Below the pieces are notes generated by a model that did no database searches, was not told where the DNA came from, and worked only from the letters and a program-made list of their open reading frames with translations. Shown here piece by piece: positions 57,659-64,000 of a stretch of DNA of 64,000 nucleotides. A program made the position numbers and the translations under genes. This DNA is from Heteronotia binoei (lineage: Eukaryota), in the NCBI RefSeq assembly GCF_032191835.1, contig NC_083237.1, positions 66,774,001 to 66,838,000 on the forward strand, given 5' to 3'. Numbering within the stretch: the stretch's first letter is position 1; each line of letters begins with the position of its first letter.

Positions 57659-58499
57659 CTTTAAGATCAACAGAGTTTTATTCAGAATGGAAACTGTCAT
57701 CTGAAGTGTGCATGCGCACGAAAGCTGGCATTCTGAATAAAACTTTGTTGGCCTTAATGGTGCACCTTGATTCCTACTTTGTTCTGCTTCAGACCAACAC
57801 AGCTGCCCACTTGGATCCATCTTCTGTGAGGAAGACATTTCTCCGTTTAAATGAGAAAGGCCAGAATTTCCCCTTGCGTCTCTCCGACATCAGAATCTTG
57901 AACCTGTTCCATTTCTTCACCGTCAACCTTAAGAGTTGAGTAGTTCCTCAGTAGTCATTACTTTTGTCTTCTTGATGTTGGGCTGTAATCCCACTGTTGG
58001 CACTTTCTGCTGTAACCTTCATCAGGAACCCACTCAAGTTTTCGCTATGGGGGGGTGTGTGTGAGGATTCTTCCTGTTCTACTCCTGTCCTGGTCAGCTG
58101 ATTTCCAACCCCTTCCTTTGGGAAGCATCCATGTGATGCAAAGCTGACCAAAGTTAACTTGAACTAACGAAACAGACAAAGGAAATACTCTTTTGCACAG
58201 AGAGTGATTCAAATGCGGAATTCGCTGCTGAAGGATGTCATGATGGCCACTGTTAGGTATCATAGTTCTCACTAGGGTACTAGGCTTGAGCTTGAAGCAT
58301 GCTTCCGTTACTCTCTAGGATCCTGGTGCCTACATTCTGATTGGCCATTCTCTGGTGGGGTGTTTTTTTTGTAAATTAACATTTTGAGTTTAAAAAAACC
58401 ACACACACAACACAAAACAAAAGCCATGTATCAACCACGCTTAAAGCTCTGAAACTGAGAAATCAATAAGAATTCAATATACACATAGACTCACAAAAG

Positions 58500-58925
58500 G
58501 TATTAGAAAACATTCAATCAAGCATTACAAACTGATTACCAAAGCCCTAAATCATTTATATGTTCGGGTATTTCATCCTGATCAGTTAGGTATTCTATTA
58601 TGGGAAGCCATATGGAAACGAAAGCAATACATTTAAGGTTATCTGTTAATTTTGCCATTGTACGCGGCTCCCAAATGTTATTATGCCTTTGACGAACAGA
58701 AGGAGTGATGGCAGTTTCCCAATTCTTAGCAATGCATGTCTTTGCAGCAAACAGCAGCAAGGAGATTCTTTCAATTGTTGCAGAAGCGTATTTATGTGAG
58801 ACCCACCCATTTAATAAGAAGAGGTGTTTTGAATGTCAACATGTGAAATAGATTTAATTGGAATGAGCACTGAGTCCCAGAATTTTTTGATATTCGGACA
58901 GGTGGACCAATAGTGTATGGACAGC
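58500..58925 (-). mobile_element. L1/Tx1-type LINE ORF2 C-terminal fragment
   Basis: The peptides IHYWSTCPNIKKFWDSV (CCHC-region motif) and LFAAKTCIAKNW..SIWLPIIEYL are present. Confidence 0.7.
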
Positions 58926-59529
58926 CCAATCCAAACATACATGGCGGCTGGCCACTCGGGCGTGGACGGATCTACGGCGCTGCTTGTTGGCTTCCAAAGG
59001 GGTTTGGGGCGCCAGAGCACAGCGCGGTCAAGCTTCGGCCACCGCCAGTAGATGTGTGAAATATGCTGGAGCATGACCTCCCTGAGTGGCATGAGGGCGG
59101 GGACAGGAGGGGGTGCTTCCACAGGGACAGCAGGGATTGGCTGGCGGTGGCCAGGGAGCCGGCCCACATGGCACTCTATTCAGAGGGGGGGCACAATGGG
59201 AGGGCTTCTAGCCCCACTGGTGGACCTCCTGATGGCACTTGGTGTTTTTGGCCCCTGTGTGACACAGTATTGGACTGGATGGGCCATTGGCCTGATCCAA
59301 CATGGCTTATGTTCTTAGTATAGGGCGTGGTAGCAATCCATTATCATCATCTTCTTCTAATGCATTTTTCCGTATGTTCATCTATATTAATTGCTAATGA
59401 GCAAGATTTGGATTGATTGACTTGGGAGACGAGAAATCATACTAAATGCTTGCAGGGCTTGTTGCAAGTTTGATATAGATATCAGGGGTTGTGAAAGAAA
59501 TATCAGAAAATTTCAAATTGTATTCTGTA

Positions 59530-59892
59530 TTTGGTGTAGTGGTTAAGTGTGCGGACTTTTATCTGGGAGAACCGGGTTTGATTCCCCACTCCTCCACTTG
59601 CACCTGCTGGAATGGCCTTGGGTCAGCCATAGCTCTGGCAGGGGTTGTCCTTGAAAGGGCAGCTGCTGTGAGAGCCCTCTCAGCCCCACCCACCTCACAG
59701 GGTGTCTGTTGTGGGGGAGGAAGGTAAAGGAGATTGTGAGCCGCTCTGAGACTCTTCGGAGTGGAGGGCGGGATATAAATCCAATATCTTCATCTACCTC
59801 ACAGGGTGTCTGTTGTGGGGGAGGAAGATAAAGGAGATTGCGAGCCGCTCTGAGACTCTTCGGAGTGGAGGGCGGGATATAAATCCAATATC
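59530..59892 (+). mobile_element. Squam2-like SINE monomer (single 79-bp unit) with a duplicated 3' part
   Basis: It has the head TTTGGTGTAGTGGTTAAGTG, the body and the tail GGGCGGGATATAAATCCAATATC. The tail is repeated at about 59796-59892. Confidence 0.85.
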
Positions 59893-59934
59893 GTTATCGT
59901 TATTTCATAAACAAACCCCACGAATGTTTTGTTT

Positions 59935-60490
59935 TGCAGCAAGTGGTTCTGTTGCCAAAGCAAACAATAAGGGCAATAATGGGCAGCCCTGTCGAGTTCC
60001 CGTTGCAATATTATAGTTTTGGATTGTACAGCCTTTATCTGTGGATTGGCAGTTGGTGCAGCATAGCTTGCATTGATGGCCATTAAAAAGCTGTTGCCAA
60101 AGCCAATTTCAGTTAGCAAAGCTTTCAGGCATGGAATTCCCACAGAATCAAAGACTTTTTCAACGCCTAACGAAAGCAAGGCCACCTCTTGTTCCTGGGT
60201 GTGGCAATGCTCTACAGTGAGCCCTTTAAAGGTATTAGCTGAAATCAAAGATTTCAGGTTTTCACAGCTGGCATCATCCTTAGGGTTTGTAGAATCTTTC
60301 GGGCTCAAGTGCCGTGTTCTACTGGAGAAAGTTTTCCTTGCAGACGTTTTGTCCACAGATAAAGGCTGTACAATCCAAAACTATAATATTGCAACGGGAA
60401 CTCGACAGGGCTTCCCATTATTGCCCTTATTGTTTGCTTTGGCAACAGAACCACTTGCTGCACTTATAAGAAGGGAACAAAAAATATTAG
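59935..60490. mobile_element. Composite of an L1 RT fragment (-), a Penelope-like fragment (60244-60349) and an inverted duplicate of the L1 RT segment (+)
   Basis: The peptides ..EKVFDSV..LKALLTEIGFG..AINASYAAPTA and GTRQG.PLLPLLFALATEPLAALIR are present. Positions 59935-60045 and 60352-60462 are reverse complements with about 1 mismatch. Confidence 0.8.
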
Positions 60491-60599
60491 CTGAAATGTC
60501 TGCAGCAGCATAAAGCCCACTTGCTCTGGCGCCATGTATTGTGTTATAAAAGAACTGAGTCCTTTCGTTAAGATTGGGGCAAACATTTAAACACCAGCA

Positions 60600-61060
60600 C
60601 GAAGCAGAGCTATTGGTCTGTAGGACGCAGCGAGGGTCGAGCCCTTTCCTGGTGCAGGAAGATCCTTTCCAGCGCCGCAACGTCTCCCAATGGAGCCTCG
60701 GGGAGGGAGGGGCCAGGCCAGCCGGCCAATGGGATGCGCCTCCATTCTCCAGCCGGAAGTGAAGGGGCGGGGCGGAAGGGTTAGCGCTCAGTCAGGCGGC
60801 GCACCGGAAGTGCCCGTGGCGTATGTTCCGGCCTCGGCGCGGGCGGATGTCGTCACGGGAAACGGCGCAGCTGAGCGGAAGGAGGCGGGATGGCGGAGCC
60901 GGCTGAGGAGCTCGTCAAACTCGAGTATTTGTCGCTGGTTTCGAAAGTCTGCACCGAGCTCGACAACCACCTGGGCATCAACGACAAGGACCTCGGTGGG
61001 TGAGCGGGCCGGGAGGCCTTCCCGCTGGAGCCCCAGGGGTGGCTTGTCCTGCCCCGGGGC
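60600..61060 (+). promoter_or_regulatory. DHX8 CpG-island promoter
   Basis: It has CCAAT boxes (~60686, ~60726), ETS CCGGAAGT sites (~60753, ~60804) and a GC box GGGGCGGGGC (~60763). Confidence 0.8.
60890..60995 (+). CDS. DHX8: DEAH-box helicase 8 (PRP22), exon 1; the gene continues beyond the window
   Basis: [35 protein letters not shown] matches the highly conserved DHX8/Prp22 N-terminus. A phase-1 GT donor lies at 60996. Confidence 0.93.
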
Positions 61061-61176
61061 AGCTCGGATGTTTTTCTTCCCTTTCATTGCATACGGAAGC
61101 TCACACCTTGAATAGGCACTGGGATAAAGGCGCCGCTGGATCCTTAACTTTGTTCTTCTGCTTCAGACCAACAGAG

Positions 61177-62198
61177 GGGAGGGACGGTGGCTCAGGGGTA
61201 GAGCGTCTGCTTGGGAAGCAGGAGGTCCCAGGTTCAATCCCCGGCATCTCCAACTAAAAAGGGTCCAGGCAAAGAGGCGTGAATAACCTCAGCTTGAGAC
61301 CCTGGAGAGCCATGAATGGGGCTGTGGCTCAGTGGTAGAGCATCTGCTTGGGAAGCAGGAGGTCCCAGGTTCAATCCCCGGCATCTCCCACTAAAAAGGG
61401 TCCAGGCAAAGAGGTGTGAAAAACCTCAGCTGGAGACCCTGGAGAGCCATGAATGGGGCTGTGGCTCAGGGGTAGAGCATCTGCTTGGGAAGCAGGAGGT
61501 CCCAGGTTCAATCCCTGGCATCTCCCACTAAAAAGGGTCCAGGCAAAGAGGTGTGAAAAACCTCAGCTGGAGACCCTGGAGAGCCATGAATGGGGCTGTG
61601 GCTCAGGGGTAGAGCATCTGCTTGGGAAGCAGGAGGTCCCAGGTTCAATCCCTGGCATCTCCATAAAAGGGTCCAGGGAAATAGGTGTGAAAAACCTCAG
61701 CTGGAGACCCTGGAGAGCCATGAATGGGGCTGTGGCTCAGGGGTAGAGCATCTGCTTGGGAAGCAGGAGGTCCCAGGTTCAATCCCCGGCATCTCCAACT
61801 AAAAAGGGTCCAGGCAAGTAGGTGGGAAAAACCTCAGCTGGAGACCCTGGAGAGCAGGGGAGGGACGGTGGCTCAGTGGTGGAGCATCTGCTTGGGAAGC
61901 AGAAGGTCCCAGGTTCAATCCCCGGCTTCTCCCACTAGAAAGGGTCCAGACAAATAGGTATTAAAAACCTCAGCTTGAGACCCTGGAGAGCAGGGGAGGG
62001 ATGGTGGCTCAGTGGTGGAGCATCTGCTTGGGAAGCAGAAGGTCCCAGGTTCAGTCCACGGCATCTCCAAAAAAGGGTCCAGGCAAATAGGTGTGAAAAA
62101 CCTTAGCTTGAGACCCTGGAGAGCCGCTGCCAGTCTGAGAAGACAAGACTGACTTTGATGGACCAAGGGTCTGATTCAGTATAAGGCAGCTTCATATG
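61177..62198 (+). repeat. Head-to-tail array of 7 Squam3-like SINE units (period about 135-140 bp) in DHX8 intron 1
   Basis: Heads lie at about 61177, 61318, 61455, 61592, 61726, 61858 and 61993. Each has A and B boxes, and only the last carries the 3' tail. Confidence 0.92.
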
Positions 62199-62264
62199 CC
62201 CACCTGGATCCACTAACAGGCCAGTTTGGCCTCTGATATTTGTATGTGCCTGGTGACCGCGTAG

Positions 62265-62759
62265 TAGGGTTGCCAAGTCCAATTCAAGAAATATCTGGGG
62301 ACTTTGGGGGTGGAGCAGGAGACATTAGGGGTGGAGCCAAGATCAAGGCTGTGACAAGCACAACGGAACTCCAAAGGGAGTTCTGCCCATCACATTTCAA
62401 GGGACAGCACACCTTTTCAATGCCTGCCTTCCATAGGAAATCATGAAGGATAGGGGCACCTTCTTTGAGGGCTCGTAGAATTGGACCCCCTGATCCAACC
62501 ATTTTGAAACTTGGGGGTTATTTTTGGGGAGAGGCAGTAGATGCTGTACGGAAAATTTGGTGTCTCTACCTCAACAGAGCCCCAGATACCCGCAGATCAA
62601 TTCTCCATGATTTTCTATGGGAATAAATCTCCATAGGGAATAACAGAGTTCCCAGTAGACATTTCCCTCCCCTCCCCCCGCTTTCTGATGACCCTGAAGC
62701 GGGGGGAGGGTCTCCAAACCGGGGGATCCCCTGCCCCCACCTGGGGATTGGCAACCCTA
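62265..62759. mobile_element. hAT (Blackjack-like) MITE
   Basis: The TIRs are TAGGGTTGCCAA..TTGGCAACCCTA, with a perfect TSD CCGCGTAG at 62257-62264 and 62760-62767. Confidence 0.93.
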
Positions 62760-64000
62760 CCGCGTAGAGTGGCATGGGAGTTAGTCCTTTGAAACTCACA
62801 CACTAATAGCCTTATATGAGATAGAGGAATGTGGTGTTTTGTTGACTGTGGGCTCTTCCTACCTAAATGAAAGCAGCCACATTGTATGCTTGTGTTCACG
62901 CACACACACCTGTAATTTTAACTAAAAAAATAACCAGGACCACTCTAGCAATGCCAGATGAACGTCACACGCACCTTGTCCCAAGAGGTGATATTTCCTA
63001 TTGGCTGGTAATTATTCCCATACTCTAGATCCCAAGCAGTGATGTGGGTTTTTCTGGGACAATTTGGATAGGAAAATATTCTCAAAAAAATTCCAAGTCA
63101 GATTTAATGTTCACAAAATTTAACTAGTTTTAGCAAAAGAAGACATGTACATCACCTACAAGCACTAGAGCTTGGCGATGCTTCAGATATCTCATTCAGT
63201 GCATCTAAGTGATTGATTGATTTGCAGGACAAGATCCCTGACAACTGTAGATAAAAACACAATATGTATGTAGAGTGGAAATTTTTCTATGGAGAAATAC
63301 AGCATCAGAAATTTCTCCATTTTCCCCTCGCCAGGTCCCTGGAGAGTACACTCCCTTTACTCATCTGGACAGCCCTTACTGACTAGGGTCAAGAAGCCAA
63401 AATGGGAAGAGGTCAGGTATTGATGGGTGTGGGCTGCATTCCTCCCACAAGCTAGTCCATAACATCAGCTTCAATCACTGAAATTCTTTTGAGTAATTGT
63501 GATTAATCCAAGCCCCATCAGTATCTCGGCAATGACCAGCTAGCACTGCAGCATCCAGTTCTTGGCAGATAAAAGCTATTTTATCCACAAGTGCTTTGCA
63601 AATGATTTACAACTGTTTGTATGCAAGCCTGTGCTAAATCTTCCATGGTATGGTAAGCAGTTTTCATGCTTTAGTGTTGGGTGAATTTGTAAGATGCTTT
63701 TTTTAATGTGACAAATATTTTTATTACCATTTTTGTACAATAATAAAAAAGAAAAACAAGACAAAAAACCAGCTACTCACAAAGAGAAACAACTACAGTT
63801 GTAGAAGAAGGAATTAATATCTGACTTTCTCCACTACTAGACTCCATACATTTACTTATTACAACCTTAGTCCCAAATCAGACCGAAGGACATTTATCAC
63901 CTTTCTGTATAATCTTATAATCTTTGCCTTTTAATTTTTTGTAAGATGCTTAACTTGAAACCAAAATGTATTTGTTTATATAAAGTGATCTTGACTATTC

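Noticed and set aside
61177-62198. tRNA gene cluster
   Set aside because: The heads have A and B boxes but lack a complete cloverleaf and acceptor stem, and they run into SINE body sequence. They are tRNA-derived SINEs.
60996-64000. DHX8 exon 2 (AEFVISLAEK...)
   Set aside because: No matching sequence was recognised in the window. It probably lies further downstream, so this is not evidence of loss.

Overview
This is eukaryotic vertebrate DNA. The SINE, CR1, L2 and Penelope content points to a squamate, most likely a gecko. It is not microbial, and the long ORFs in the track are mostly artefacts of GC islands and repeats. By manual spliced alignment to human proteins recalled from memory I find six genes: the 3' half of PLEKHH3 (+), a single complete gamma-tubulin TUBG1 (-; 11 exons, 451 aa, one GC-AG intron), complete RETREG3/FAM134C (+; 9 exons, 452 aa) head-to-head with TUBG1, complete PSMC3IP/HOP2 (+; 8 exons, 220 aa), complete MLX (-; 8 exons, 246 aa), and DHX8 exon 1 (+). 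The main observations are these. (1) PLEKHH3 keeps open MyTH4 exons, but its FERM-region exons carry a dead acceptor, premature stops and frameshifts, which suggests lineage-specific truncation or pseudogenisation. (2) A 440-bp Penelope-derived palindrome in a PLEKHH3 intron carries a minimal hammerhead ribozyme motif on each strand. (3) MLX is flanked by DHX8 rather than COASY, which suggests a synteny break. (4) tRNA-derived SINEs have repeatedly turned into tandem arrays, one of which folds back as a hairpin in RETREG3 intron 8. (5) hAT MITEs with 8-bp TSDs abut the PSMC3IP and MLX promoters. All family names and orthologue comparisons come from recall; no database search was run.
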